Source of the DNA: an uncultured delta proteobacterium
GTDB taxonomy: Bacteria; Desulfobacterota; Syntrophia; Syntrophales; UBA5619
Direction: 5' to 3'
Length of the DNA: 64,000 bases
NCBI GenBank assembly: GCA_963817385.1
Contig: CAWFOM010000031.1
Span: 32,001-96,000 of the forward strand
The notes beneath the pieces are model-generated. The model searched no databases and was not told the DNA's origin. It worked only from the letters and a program-made list of their open reading frames with translations. Each line of letters starts with the position of its first letter. Position 1 is the first letter of the stretch. Position numbers and translations under genes: made by a program. Of this stretch, positions 9,522-19,618 are shown in pieces.

Positions 9522-11321
9522 ATGCCGGAACAGAACCGAGAGCTAAGGACGCCGGAACGGGCGGGCGCACCGCCGGCCGTGACGGGCGCTACCGCGCCGG
9601 AACATCCGGCGACCCGTCTCTTTGCCCGTCTGGAGGCCCTCGGCGTGCCTGCCGATGTTCTTGCCGAGGTGGGAAGGCTCGCCCGTGAAAACGGCGCCGG
9701 GATGGTCGAGATCCTGATCCAGAAGAAAGTCCTGCCCGAGGCGGAGCTGCTTTCGGTCCTGAGCGCCGAGTACGGGATCCCCTTCTGGGAGGAGCTTCCC
9801 ACGGACCATATGAACGCGGACTTCACCGCTCTTTTCTCCATCCAGTACCTGAAGAAACAGAAGATGGTTCCTCTGGAGACGCCGCAGGGATTCGTCGTGG
9901 CGATCAATGATCCGTCCGGTTTTCAGGCGGTGGACGACCTCTGCCGCCTCCTCGGCCGGTCGGAGCGGCCGGTGGTCCTCGCCACCCAGGAGGCGATCCA
10001 GGCGGCGATCAACCTGGCCTATGATTTGAGCCGGAGCACCGCCAAGGAGTTTTTCCAGGAGATGCACGACGAGTCGACCGACAGCCTCATCTCCGAGATC
10101 GAGGAGACGGGGGACCTGCTCGACGAGACGAGCGACGCCCCGATCATCAAACTGGTCAACCTCCTCCTCTCCGGGGCGACGAAGGACCGGGCGAGTGATA
10201 TCCATATCGAGCCCTATCAGGCCGTCGTAAAGGTCCGCTACCGGATCGACGGCATCCTCTACGACATCCTCAGCCTCCCCCGGAAGATCCACTCGCCGCT
10301 TGTCTCGCGGGTGAAGGTCATGGCGAAGCTCAACATTGCCGAGAAGCGCCTCCCGCAGGACGGCCGGATCGAGATCAAGGTTGCCGACCGGAGCGTCGAC
10401 ATCCGCGTCTCCACCATTCCGACGGCCTTCGGGGAGCGGGTGGTGCTCAGACTTCTCGACAAGACCTCGTCGATCCTGATGCTTTCCGATCTCGGAATGG
10501 AGAGCAGGAAGGTCGGCATCTTCAACCGGTTGATCAAGTCCCCCTACGGGATCATCCTCGTCACCGGGCCCACGGGGAGCGGCAAGACGACCACCCTCTA
10601 TGCGGCGCTCTCGAGCATCAATTCCCCCGAGGTGAACATCATCACCATCGAGGACCCCATCGAATACCAAATCGATGGGATCGGCCAGATCCAGGTCAAC
10701 CCGAAGATCGACCTCACCTTCGCCCAGGGGCTCCGCTCCATTGTCCGCCAGGACCCGGACGTCATCCTCGTCGGGGAGATCCGCGACCGGGAGACGGCGG
10801 AGATCGCGATCCAGTCATCGCTCACGGGTCATCTCGTCTTTTCCACCCTCCATACGAACGACGCGGCGAGCGCGGTGACCCGCCTCATCGACATGGGGAT
10901 CGAACCCTTCCTCGTCACGTCGTCGATCATCGCAATCATCGCCCAGCGCCTCGTCCGGGTCCTCTGCCCGAAGTGCAAGGAGGGCTACACCCCCGATGAT
11001 GAATCGCTTGCCAACCTCGGGGTCGACAAAAAGCAACTGGAAAAACACCCCCTCTACCGGAAGAACGGCTGCGCGTCCTGCATGAACACCGGCTACCGCG
11101 GCCGGACGGCGATCTTCGAGATCCTTATCCTGGACGACCCGCTCAAGAGGCTGATCCTGAAGACATCCGACTCGAACCAGATCAACGACGAGGCGCTGAA
11201 AAGGGGGATGACGAACCTTCTTTCCGACGGCGCCCAGAAGGTCCTCGCCGGTATCACGACGATCGAGGAGGTGTTCCGCGTCACCCGGATCCTCAAGCGG
11301 GAGGCCGATATGGAAGCATAG
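9522..11321 (+). CDS. gspE: Type II secretion ATPase GspE
   Basis: ASDIHIEP, RLPQDGRI, GPTGSGKTTT, TIEDPIE, RQDPDVILVGEIRD, STLHTND and tetracysteine motif. Confidence 0.96.
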   Translation: MPEQNRELRTPERAGAPPAVTGATAPEHPATRLFARLEALGVPADVLAEVGRLARENGAGMVEILIQKKVLPEAELLSVLSAEYGIPFWEELPTDHMNADFTALFSIQYLKKQKMVPLETPQGFVVAINDPSGFQAVDDLCRLLGRSERPVVLATQEAIQAAINLAYDLSRSTAKEFFQEMHDESTDSLISEIEETGDLLDETSDAPIIKLVNLLLSGATKDRASDIHIEPYQAVVKVRYRIDGILYDILSLPRKIHSPLVSRVKVMAKLNIAEKRLPQDGRIEIKVADRSVDIRVSTIPTAFGERVVLRLLDKTSSILMLSDLGMESRKVGIFNRLIKSPYGIILVTGPTGSGKTTTLYAALSSINSPEVNIITIEDPIEYQIDGIGQIQVNPKIDLTFAQGLRSIVRQDPDVILVGEIRDRETAEIAIQSSLTGHLVFSTLHTNDAASAVTRLIDMGIEPFLVTSSIIAIIAQRLVRVLCPKCKEGYTPDDESLANLGVDKKQLEKHPLYRKNGCASCMNTGYRGRTAIFEILILDDPLKRLILKTSDSNQINDEALKRGMTNLLSDGAQKVLAGITTIEEVFRVTRILKREADMEA

Positions 11322-11381
11322 CCGGCGGGCATTCACGGGGCGCAAAAGGTTCGCAATCAACGAAAAGAGGGCAGGGTACGT

Positions 11382-11822
11382 ATGACAATCGACCGGTTGA
11401 GCGGGGCTTTCCTGGTCTTGGTGGGCCTTTTCGTCGTTTGGGAACGGCGGGTGCTCCCCTTGGGGACCACCCGCCATCCGGGTCCGGGATATTTCCCCTT
11501 GCTGCTCGCGATTCTCTTGATCTTGTTTGGCGTGATCCTGATTGTCCGCGGCAAAGATGCGCCGGCACTCCGTTCCGTCTCTTGGCCCGAGGCTCCCCAT
11601 ACGGTTGCGATTTTAGGGTGTTGCATTTTTATAACGCTCTTTATGGAAACGATCGGCTATCGTCTGACCATGGTTCTCGCGTTAGGGTTTTTATTCGGCG
11701 TCATGGAACGCATCAAACCATGGCTGGCGGTGACGTTGACTGCCGGTTTCTCGCTCGGTTCATTCTGGCTTTTTGACTCCCTGCTCCGGGTGCCTCTCCC
11801 GAGAGGAGGATGGGGTTTCTGA
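11382..11822 (+). CDS. tctB: TTT small permease TctB (set 1)
   Basis: Four TM segments, PGPGYFP motif, C-terminal LRVPLPRG; stop overlaps the tctA start. Confidence 0.88.
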   Translation: MTIDRLSGAFLVLVGLFVVWERRVLPLGTTRHPGPGYFPLLLAILLILFGVILIVRGKDAPALRSVSWPEAPHTVAILGCCIFITLFMETIGYRLTMVLALGFLFGVMERIKPWLAVTLTAGFSLGSFWLFDSLLRVPLPRGGWGF

Positions 11823-13339
11823 TGGAGACAACCCTGCAAAATCTGCTCCTCGGGTTCTCGACTGCCTTCACACCGACCAACATCCTCTACTCCCTGCTTG
11901 GCTGTCTGATCGGAACGATGGTGGGGGTCCTTCCCGGCGTGGGGCCTCTCGCCGGGATCAGCATGCTTCTGCCGACCACCTTCGGACTCGACACCACGTC
12001 GGCCATCATCCTCCTGGCGGGAATTTATTATGGCGCCATGTACGGCGGGTCGACCACCTCGATCCTGATGCGCATTCCCGGCGAAGCGGCTTCGGTGATG
12101 ACCTGCATCGACGGGTACGCCATGGCACGGAAGGGTCGCGCCGGTCCGGCCCTGGCGATCGCCGCCATCGGTTCCTACGTTGCGGGAACGGTGAGCGTCG
12201 TCGGACTCATGTTCCTGGCCCCCCCGCTGGCCAGGTTCGCCCTCGGCTTCGGGCCTCCGGAATACTTCTGCCTTCTTGTTTGCGGGCTCGTCGTCCTCAG
12301 TTACATGACGGGCGGGTCCATCATAAGCAATCTGGCCATGATCTCCCTCGGCCTGATGATCGGGATGATCGGGATCGACCAGATGTCCGGCTATTTCCGG
12401 TTTTCCTATGGACTCGTCGCCCTGGGAGACGGGGTCGGCGTGGTGCCGGTTGCGGTGGGCCTTTTCGGGATCTCGGAGATCCTGGCCACCGCGGGCAGTC
12501 CGGAGATTCGGGAGGTCTTAAAACCCCGCCTCCGGGACTTGATCCCCTCGAAACAGGAGTTCAAGGATTCCGTGGGGCCGATCGGCCGGGGAACGATTCT
12601 GGGATTTATGATCGGGATCATTCCGGGATCGGCGCATATCATCTCGACGTTCGTCTCGTACGCCCTGGAACGGAGGATCTCCAAGCATCCGGAGCGGTTC
12701 GGCCAGGGGGCGATCGAGGGGGTGGCCGGTCCGGAGGCGGCCAATAACGCGGCAAGCGAAGGGGCCCTGGTTCCCCTGCTGGCCCTGGGCGTCCCCACGG
12801 GTCCCGTCCCCGCGGTTCTCCTGGCCGCCCTCATGGTGCACGGGATCACCCCGGGCCCGCTTTTCATCAAGGAACAACCGGCGGTCTTCTGGGGGCTCAT
12901 CGCGAGCATGTATGTCGGCAATTTGGTGCTGCTCCTCCTCAACCTGCCTCTGGTGAGCATCTTCGTCAATCTCCTGCGGGTTCCCTACCGGATCCTCTAT
13001 CCGACGATTCTCCTGTTCTGCGTGGTGGGCGTCTATGCGGTAAATTCCAGCATGGTGGATGTGGGAATCATGAGTATCATGGGGATCCTGGGATACCTTC
13101 TCAGAAAGATGGATTTTGAAACGGCGCCGATGGTCCTGGGGGTGGTATTGGCGCCCATTATCGAGTTCAGCTTCCGGCAGGCCTTGGCCATGTCCAACGG
13201 ATCGTACATGATTTTCATCGAGCGGCCGATTGCCGCCGTTTTTCTGGTGATAGCGCTGATCATGATGCTTCTGGCTCTGAAGCCGTTCTTCATCAAGAAG
13301 GGGGATTGGCGCGAACGGTTGACGGAAGCGGAGAAATAA
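11822..13339 (+). CDS. tctA: TTT large permease TctA (set 1)
   Basis: GVLPGVG, YYGAMYGGS, PGEAAS...DGY.MA and GPEAANNA motifs. Confidence 0.95.
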   Translation: METTLQNLLLGFSTAFTPTNILYSLLGCLIGTMVGVLPGVGPLAGISMLLPTTFGLDTTSAIILLAGIYYGAMYGGSTTSILMRIPGEAASVMTCIDGYAMARKGRAGPALAIAAIGSYVAGTVSVVGLMFLAPPLARFALGFGPPEYFCLLVCGLVVLSYMTGGSIISNLAMISLGLMIGMIGIDQMSGYFRFSYGLVALGDGVGVVPVAVGLFGISEILATAGSPEIREVLKPRLRDLIPSKQEFKDSVGPIGRGTILGFMIGIIPGSAHIISTFVSYALERRISKHPERFGQGAIEGVAGPEAANNAASEGALVPLLALGVPTGPVPAVLLAALMVHGITPGPLFIKEQPAVFWGLIASMYVGNLVLLLLNLPLVSIFVNLLRVPYRILYPTILLFCVVGVYAVNSSMVDVGIMSIMGILGYLLRKMDFETAPMVLGVVLAPIIEFSFRQALAMSNGSYMIFIERPIAAVFLVIALIMMLLALKPFFIKKGDWRERLTEAEK

Positions 13340-13361
13340 AAACCACACGAAGGAGGAGGAG

Positions 13362-14357
13362 ATGATGAAATCGATGAGAGTACTTTTGGCAGTGGTAGTG
13401 ATAGTGTGTATGGGAGCCATCGGTCCGGTTGCGGGTACGTCCCTGGCGGCCGAGGCCTATCCGGTCCGGCCCATTCAGATCATCGTTCCGTTCCCACCGG
13501 GCGGCGTTGCCGACCTGGTGGCCCGTCCGCTCGCGGCGGCTCTGGAGAAGCAGCTCAAACAGCCGATAGTCATCGTCAACAAGACCGGCGCCGGCGGGGC
13601 CGTGGGGATGCAGGCCCAGGCCGTGGCCAAGCCGGATGGATACACGCTGATGGTGGCCCTTTCGAGCATTTCGGTCATGCCGGAGGTCGATGCCCTCTTC
13701 GGCCGGCCGCCGGTTTACAAATTAAGCGATTTCGCGCCGATCGCCCTGCTCTCCTCCGATCCCACCGTCCTGGTGGTCAGCAGCAAATCCCCCTGGAAGA
13801 CGGTGGCGGATTTTGTGGCGGACGCCAAGAAGCGGCCGGGCGAGATCAAGTACGCCTCTTCCGGGGTTTACGGGACCATGCACGTGGCGATGGAGATGTT
13901 TGCCCATGCTGCGGGGATCAAGCTGCGCCACATCCCGACCGGCGGCGGCGGACCGGCCCTGACGGCTCTCTTGGGCGGCCATGTAGACGCCATCTCCGGC
14001 GGGCCGAACGTCTCCATCCCGCACATCAAGGCAGGAACCGTCAAGGTCCTGGCGGGCTGGGGAGACAAACGCCTTCCCGCGCTGGCGGACGTCCCGACCT
14101 TGAAGGAGCTGGGATACAAGGATGTGGAATTCTATATCTGGTCGGGGTTCTTTGCCCCGGCGGCTACACCCGAGCCGGTGATCAAGGTGCTCCGCGAGGC
14201 GACGGCCAAGGCGGTCCAGGCACCCGATTTCAAGGCGGCGATGGACAAAATGGAGACGCCGATTGCCTACCTGGATGCCCCGGAATTCAAGAAATTCTGG
14301 GACAAGGACGCCGAGCGACTGATCAGGTCGGTCCGCAATATCGGCAAGGTCGAGTAG
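13362..14357 (+). CDS. tctC: TTT substrate-binding protein TctC/Bug (set 1)
   Basis: Signal peptide; YPVRPIQIIVPFPPGG, PDGYTL, LLGGHVD. Confidence 0.93.
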   Translation: MMKSMRVLLAVVVIVCMGAIGPVAGTSLAAEAYPVRPIQIIVPFPPGGVADLVARPLAAALEKQLKQPIVIVNKTGAGGAVGMQAQAVAKPDGYTLMVALSSISVMPEVDALFGRPPVYKLSDFAPIALLSSDPTVLVVSSKSPWKTVADFVADAKKRPGEIKYASSGVYGTMHVAMEMFAHAAGIKLRHIPTGGGGPALTALLGGHVDAISGGPNVSIPHIKAGTVKVLAGWGDKRLPALADVPTLKELGYKDVEFYIWSGFFAPAATPEPVIKVLREATAKAVQAPDFKAAMDKMETPIAYLDAPEFKKFWDKDAERLIRSVRNIGKVE

Positions 14358-14367
14358 AGGAGGCGGC

Positions 14368-15264
14368 ATGCAGCGAATCGGATTCGTCGGTATCGGCCTG
14401 ATGGGCCGTCAGATGGCCAAGTGCCTCCTGACGGCCGGATTTCCGCTCATGATCTGGAACCGCACAAAGGACAGGGCCAAGGAAGTTCTGGACGCAGGCG
14501 CGGCATGGGCGGATTCTCCGGCGGCTTGCGCCCGCGCGGTGGATGTGGTGATCACCATGGTCACCGACTCGGCCGCCTCCGAAGAGGTGATCTGCGGGCG
14601 GGGCGGCGTTCTGGAAGGGGCCCACCCCGCCATGATCCTCATCGACATGGGGAGCATCACCCCCGAGATGTCCCGGTCGATCGCCGTGCGGGCGAAGGCC
14701 AAGGGGGTGCCGATGCTCGATGCCCCGGTGACGGGGAACCCGAAGGTGGCCTCCGAAGGAAAGTTGGGGATCATGGCGGGGGGAGCGAAGGAAACCTATG
14801 ACGCCTGTCTCGGCATTTTTCAGGCGATGGGGGTGAAAATCATCCACGTCGGCGAGGAGAACGGCCAGGGAACGACGCTCAAGCTCATCAACAACCTGGT
14901 CATGGGGGTGGCGATCGAGGCAGTGGCGGAGGCCCTGGTCCTCGCCGACAAGGCCGGGATCGACCCGGTCAAGGTAATCGAGATTACCTCCGTGGGCGGC
15001 GCCCGGACCGGGGCGATGGAGACCCGCGGGATGCGGATGATCGCACACGATTTTTCCCCCCATTTCTCCGCCGACAACATGTACAAGGATCTCACCGCGG
15101 CGCTGAACCTGGCCGAGAAGGTGGGGGCTTGTCTCCCGGCGGCCAGCATCGCGCGGGAGATGCTCCGGGCGGTGAAAATTCAGGGCAACGGGGGGATGGA
15201 TTCCGCCAGCGTCATTACCGTCGTCGAGACGCTGGCCAATACGGTTGTAAAGAGACGGGGATGA
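14368..15264 (+). CDS. NAD(P)-dependent beta-hydroxyacid dehydrogenase (3-hydroxyisobutyrate / tartronate semialdehyde reductase family)
   Basis: IGFVGIGLMG Rossmann motif, DAPVTG, catalytic KLINN, F...NMYKDL. Confidence 0.9.
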   Translation: MQRIGFVGIGLMGRQMAKCLLTAGFPLMIWNRTKDRAKEVLDAGAAWADSPAACARAVDVVITMVTDSAASEEVICGRGGVLEGAHPAMILIDMGSITPEMSRSIAVRAKAKGVPMLDAPVTGNPKVASEGKLGIMAGGAKETYDACLGIFQAMGVKIIHVGEENGQGTTLKLINNLVMGVAIEAVAEALVLADKAGIDPVKVIEITSVGGARTGAMETRGMRMIAHDFSPHFSADNMYKDLTAALNLAEKVGACLPAASIAREMLRAVKIQGNGGMDSASVITVVETLANTVVKRRG

Positions 15265-15323
15265 ATTCCACAGACAAATGCCAGGAGGTATGGATGGCAT
15301 GCCAAAACTCAATCGTTCCCGCA

Positions 15324-16877
15324 TCATTGCAGATTCAATTCCTCTATAACCTTCGATCCCTCAGCCCTGTTGCCAAACGGTCCCGCCATTACCCTGTACC
15401 ACGTTTCTCCCAGGGATACTTTCCACGGAACAATCTCAATCTCTTTTCCGATTAATGTAACACCCAACTTGTAATGTTCGGCACTTTTAAGATTCGCAAA
15501 AGTCTTGAGGTGAACTTTATAGAGACTCTCCGAGTATTGGACAATCAGCAACGAATCGGTAATTTCCGGAATCTTGATTTTCTGATTGACCCGAATCAGA
15601 TGAGGGTTGGTGATTTCCGGATTGAGTTTCAAAATATGGTCAATGAAGGTTTCGTTAGTCTCTTTATCGTATTTATAGGCCAACGAATACAGGTTGGCCC
15701 CTTTTTTCACCTCGACAATCTCTTTTACGCGAATTTCCGTATCGGAGCGCTCCATGGACGTTGACGGTGATGCTGGAATTTGTGGCGTTTCAAGCGGGGC
15801 TTCGACAACCTGCGGGTCTGGGCTGCCGGGAACATTTTCACCAACACCGTGCGGTTTAACTTCACGGGAGGAGGCTTTACCGGTGTCGCTAATGACCGGC
15901 GGTGTGATTGGATCATTCGCTTTTTGCGTATTAAAGATGGGTTGGACATAGTTCCAACCGAAGAACAGGACCATCGCAAAGACAACGACCGTCAGAATGA
16001 CAGAGGAAATTTTTTTAGGCAGATATCGTTTAACCCCGGACACGAGAATTTCCGTCCTTTCATCGTTCAAGATGTTTTTTTCACTCCGGACTTTCTTCAC
16101 CGTGGACGGAGAGATTTTTTTCTCGGCAAGGCCGCATCCCACAGACAAGGCATTGCTGCACAGGGTATTGAGTGCCAGCGGAATCCCTTTGGCATACCGG
16201 CAGATCAGGGACAGAGCCTCATTCGTAAAGACTTCTGAACAGCCGCTTCCCGCAATTTTCAATCGGTGATCGATGTATTGCACGGATTCTTCTTCCGTCA
16301 AAGGTTGCATTTCGCAACTGATTACAATCCGCTGCTTGATTTGCCGAATAACATCGGAACGAAGTTTTTCCCTGAGTTCCGATTGACCCACAAGCACAAT
16401 CTGAAGCAACTTTGAGGTGCTGGTCTCCAGATTTGCGAGCAGGCGTACCTCTTCAATCACATCCAGACCTATGTTCTCAGCCTCGTCAATAATTATGGCA
16501 ACGTTCTCATCCCGCTCCCGGCATCGAATCAGGTAATAATACAGCTCATGCATCATGGAACCCTTGTTTCCCAATCCCAGCGGCAGTTTCAACGTGAGGA
16601 GCATCTCCTTCAACATTTGTTCGAAAGGGATTTGACTTTGCGGAAAAAGAACAGTTTTTACCTTTGCATCCAATGTGTTGATCAGGTGATGAATCAGCGT
16701 GGTCTTACCGATGCCGGCTTCTCCCAGAATAAGTACAATGCCTTTCCTGTGGTTGATCCCATACAGCAAAGATGCCAGGGCTTCGTTGTGACTTTCCGAT
16801 GGGAAAAAGAATTTGGGGTCAGGCGAAGTATCAAAAGGATTTTCTGAAAAACCATAGAATTTCGTGTAGTCAGTCAT
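15324..16877 (-). CDS. ExeA-family AAA ATPase with C-terminal LysM and SPOR-like domains
   Basis: YGFSENPF..SPDP, GEAGIGKT, IIDEAE; TM segment; LysM-like VKKGANLYSLA...NPEITNPHLIRVNQKIKIP; SPOR-like WYRVMAGPF. Confidence 0.85.
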   Translation of the reverse strand: MTDYTKFYGFSENPFDTSPDPKFFFPSESHNEALASLLYGINHRKGIVLILGEAGIGKTTLIHHLINTLDAKVKTVLFPQSQIPFEQMLKEMLLTLKLPLGLGNKGSMMHELYYYLIRCRERDENVAIIIDEAENIGLDVIEEVRLLANLETSTSKLLQIVLVGQSELREKLRSDVIRQIKQRIVISCEMQPLTEEESVQYIDHRLKIAGSGCSEVFTNEALSLICRYAKGIPLALNTLCSNALSVGCGLAEKKISPSTVKKVRSEKNILNDERTEILVSGVKRYLPKKISSVILTVVVFAMVLFFGWNYVQPIFNTQKANDPITPPVISDTGKASSREVKPHGVGENVPGSPDPQVVEAPLETPQIPASPSTSMERSDTEIRVKEIVEVKKGANLYSLAYKYDKETNETFIDHILKLNPEITNPHLIRVNQKIKIPEITDSLLIVQYSESLYKVHLKTFANLKSAEHYKLGVTLIGKEIEIVPWKVSLGETWYRVMAGPFGNRAEGSKVIEELNLQ

Positions 16878-17997
16878 AGCAACCGCCCTCATTTACCGCA
16901 TGTGCGGTGGGATTTTGTGCAACGATTTGAAAAATGACTACTCCAATAATCGTGCCTGCGGAATTCATCACCACGTCTGTCAGCGAGGAATCCCTTGTGG
17001 GAAGATACGCCTGAATCAGCTCTATGGCCAAGCTGATCCCCATGCCGAGGATGGCGGGGATGATATAGGACATCGGTCGCCTCTGAGGGGCGGTCTTCCG
17101 GAACAGTGCGGAAAAGGTGAACCCAAAGGGTATAAACCCGAGAACATTGATCGTGATATCCTGGACAGAAGATACATTCCACGGGAACTCCGGCCAGGGC
17201 GGGGAGAGGATTTTTCTGTGGAGGGGCGTGAATCTTTCCGGGATGGTCAGGGTGTCGTTTGCATTCGTTTCATTGTGCACCATTGACCCCGTTCTTTCGG
17301 TGAACGGATAAAGGCCCGTGAGGCCGTCGCTTCGTTTGATCATGGTGTAATCATTTTCCCGCCATGATCGGTAGTCCCGGGAAACCTGATCTGCCGACAG
17401 CGCCCTGCTGTAGATGGCAAGCCCCATGAGATTTCCGTTCCAGTAACTTTCCCCCGTAGAAGAATTGCCGAGGATCAGGCGGACATTTGTTGATGCATTT
17501 CCGGCCGGAAAACGGTGGCGGGGGTAGGCGCCTGCAGGCTTACCGTTTACATAGATAGTCGATCCTTCCGGACCCGATGTGATCACGATAAAGGAATCCT
17601 GATCCTTCAGGAAGACATTGCGGAGGCCTATTTCCTGGTAGGGTTTGTCGCGCTTGCGGGCGGCCGGGTCATCCGTTCTGCTCCGGATGATCAGGTGCGA
17701 TTTCCACTGGCCGACAAAAAAAATATCGGGTGTTTTGCCATCGTAATAGGTCAGGATATGGGGAAGATTGCCTGTTTCCATCAGCGGGCGGAGCCAGAGT
17801 TCCAGGGTGATGGATGTGTCCGGAAAAAGTGATCGATGGTCTTTCAGCCGGGGGTTGGAGGTTATGATCCCCTGTCCGTAAAAATGGACGCCATTCCGAT
17901 CCGGGAGCCATGCCACTGCGTTCCTGGAAAAAAAGTTAAAAGGCCAGAGTCCCGCAACCAGGATGATGATCAGGATAGCCATACAGACGGCCTCCAA
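16870..17997 (-). CDS. LamG-like jelly-roll domain plus C-terminal VanZ-family membrane domain
   Basis: ITLELWLRP, IYVNGK, GLAIYSRALS (LamG-like); NVLGFIPFG...IELIQAYLPTRDSSLTDVVMN (VanZ); start uncertain. Confidence 0.82.
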   Translation of the reverse strand: MEAVCMAILIIILVAGLWPFNFFSRNAVAWLPDRNGVHFYGQGIITSNPRLKDHRSLFPDTSITLELWLRPLMETGNLPHILTYYDGKTPDIFFVGQWKSHLIIRSRTDDPAARKRDKPYQEIGLRNVFLKDQDSFIVITSGPEGSTIYVNGKPAGAYPRHRFPAGNASTNVRLILGNSSTGESYWNGNLMGLAIYSRALSADQVSRDYRSWRENDYTMIKRSDGLTGLYPFTERTGSMVHNETNANDTLTIPERFTPLHRKILSPPWPEFPWNVSSVQDITINVLGFIPFGFTFSALFRKTAPQRRPMSYIIPAILGMGISLAIELIQAYLPTRDSSLTDVVMNSAGTIIGVVIFQIVAQNPTAHAVNEGGCYD

Positions 17998-18337
17998 TAA
18001 CCGAGGGCTCTGAGGATGTAATTGGCTGATATATTGCGAGCCCAGGTTTCTTTTTCCTCCTGTTAGTAATATTCTATTTAAATCAGAACCCTCCCGCTAT
18101 CAAGACTTTTTCTATCGGCAAACAAAATCTTTTCTAAAATGTACCTCAAATTCCCTTTGATATTTGACAAGAACCCGCTTTGGGGTTGGCCGAGTATATG
18201 AAAAAAGTTACACCAGTGCCGGTAGGGGGATACCTCGGGCTGTAATGAAACCAGATGCTTGTACTAAAATAAAAGGCTTTGATATTTTTCCGATTCGCTT
18301 CTCACCGGGACACCGTTCCCTCCGGGAGAAATTGTTC

Positions 18338-18393
18338 TTGACATCCTCCGGGGGATGTTAGTATGCCGTCGACGGTACACCGAAGACGGTACT
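18338..18393 (+). promoter_or_regulatory. Putative promoter/operator region of the FAH-ADH-TTT operon
   Basis: TTGACA at 18338; near-perfect palindrome ACATCCTCCGGGGGATGT; palindrome CCGTCGACGG followed by a degenerate tandem copy CCGAAGACGG. Confidence 0.45.
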
Positions 18394-18430
18394 CCAAAAC
18401 GATGCCCGGATGATTGGAGAAGGAGAAGCC

Positions 18431-18514
18431 ATGGAACAAACCTTTCTCAAAAAGATGGCCGAACAACCTCCGCTGACCGCCGATCTTCTGGTCCGCAAGA
18501 TCTACCCCCTTTAA
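18431..18514 (+). other. 27-codon small ORF (MEQTFLKKMAEQPPLTADLLVRKIYPL): collapsed gene or leader peptide
   Basis: Strong purine-rich RBS (AGGAG) directly upstream; too short for the ORF track. Confidence 0.35.
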
Positions 18515-18555
18515 AGATCATCGCAAAGCTCAAATAATTTCAAGAGGAGAGTGTC

Positions 18556-19518
18556 ATGAAAATCGTCATGTATCAATACGCGGAACGGGGGTATCGCCTT
18601 GGGGCGATGGCCGGAGACGAGCGGATCATCGATCTGAATTATGCCTATGAGAATCTGCTTGCCGCCGCGAAGGAACCCCGTTACCAGGCCCTGGCGGCGG
18701 CCATCGTTCCCAACGACAGCGTCGCGTTCCTGGCGGGCGGCAAGCGTTCCCGGGAGGGCGCCGCCGCGGCCCTCCACGCCGCCAAGGGCCGCCGCTGTCC
18801 GGACCTCGGGGCTTCCGGCAGGCGGTTCGTCTTTGAGAGGAAGGAAGTCAAGCTGGGCGCGCCGGTGCAAAACCCGCTGCGCATCATCTGCCTGAGCCAC
18901 AACTATCACGATTTCCTCAGGGAGACCGGCTTGCCGCTTCCGCCCGCGCCGCGGATCTTCTCCAAGTACAACAACGCCCTCTGCGGTCCCGATGATCCCA
19001 TCATCTATCCGAAGATGTCGAAGATGCTCGGCTACGAGGCGGAACTGGCGTTTGTCATCGGAAAGAGGGGCCGGCATGTCCCCAAAGAGAGGGCCCTGGA
19101 GTACATCGGCGGCTACATGATCCTCAACGACGTGAGTGCGAGCGATCTTACCGAACTGGACAAGCAGGTTCTCCGGGGGAAGACCTTCGACAATTTCGCC
19201 CCCTGCGGCCCCTTCCTCCTGTCGGCCGACGAACTGCCCGATCCCGGCAATCTGGAGGTGAAACTCTGGGTGAACGACCGTGAGCTGCAGAGATCCAATA
19301 CCCGGGAACTGGTCTACGACTGCCCGACGCTGGTGGCCTTCCTGTCGGAGGTGTTCACGCTGGAGCCGGGGGACATCGTGGCGACGGGCACCCCCGGGGG
19401 ACTCGCAAAATTCCGCACGCCGACGACCTTCATGCAAGTCGGCGACGTCTGCACCATCGAGATCGAGAAGCTCGGGAGGCTCTCGAACCGGATCGTGGCC
19501 GAGGAGGAAACATTGTAA
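18556..19518 (+). CDS. Fumarylacetoacetate hydrolase family protein
   Basis: IICLSHNY, YEAELAFVIGK, NDVSA, GKTFD, LEPGDIVATGTP. Confidence 0.92.
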   Translation: MKIVMYQYAERGYRLGAMAGDERIIDLNYAYENLLAAAKEPRYQALAAAIVPNDSVAFLAGGKRSREGAAAALHAAKGRRCPDLGASGRRFVFERKEVKLGAPVQNPLRIICLSHNYHDFLRETGLPLPPAPRIFSKYNNALCGPDDPIIYPKMSKMLGYEAELAFVIGKRGRHVPKERALEYIGGYMILNDVSASDLTELDKQVLRGKTFDNFAPCGPFLLSADELPDPGNLEVKLWVNDRELQRSNTRELVYDCPTLVAFLSEVFTLEPGDIVATGTPGGLAKFRTPTTFMQVGDVCTIEIEKLGRLSNRIVAEEETL

Positions 19519-19618
19519 CATCGTTACCCCTGCGGTGCGGAGCCTTCTCCTTCCTCCCGCACGGAGGCCGGAGGGGGCGGCAGGGACCTCAAAAATAATT
19601 CTCATGAAGGAGCGGAAC

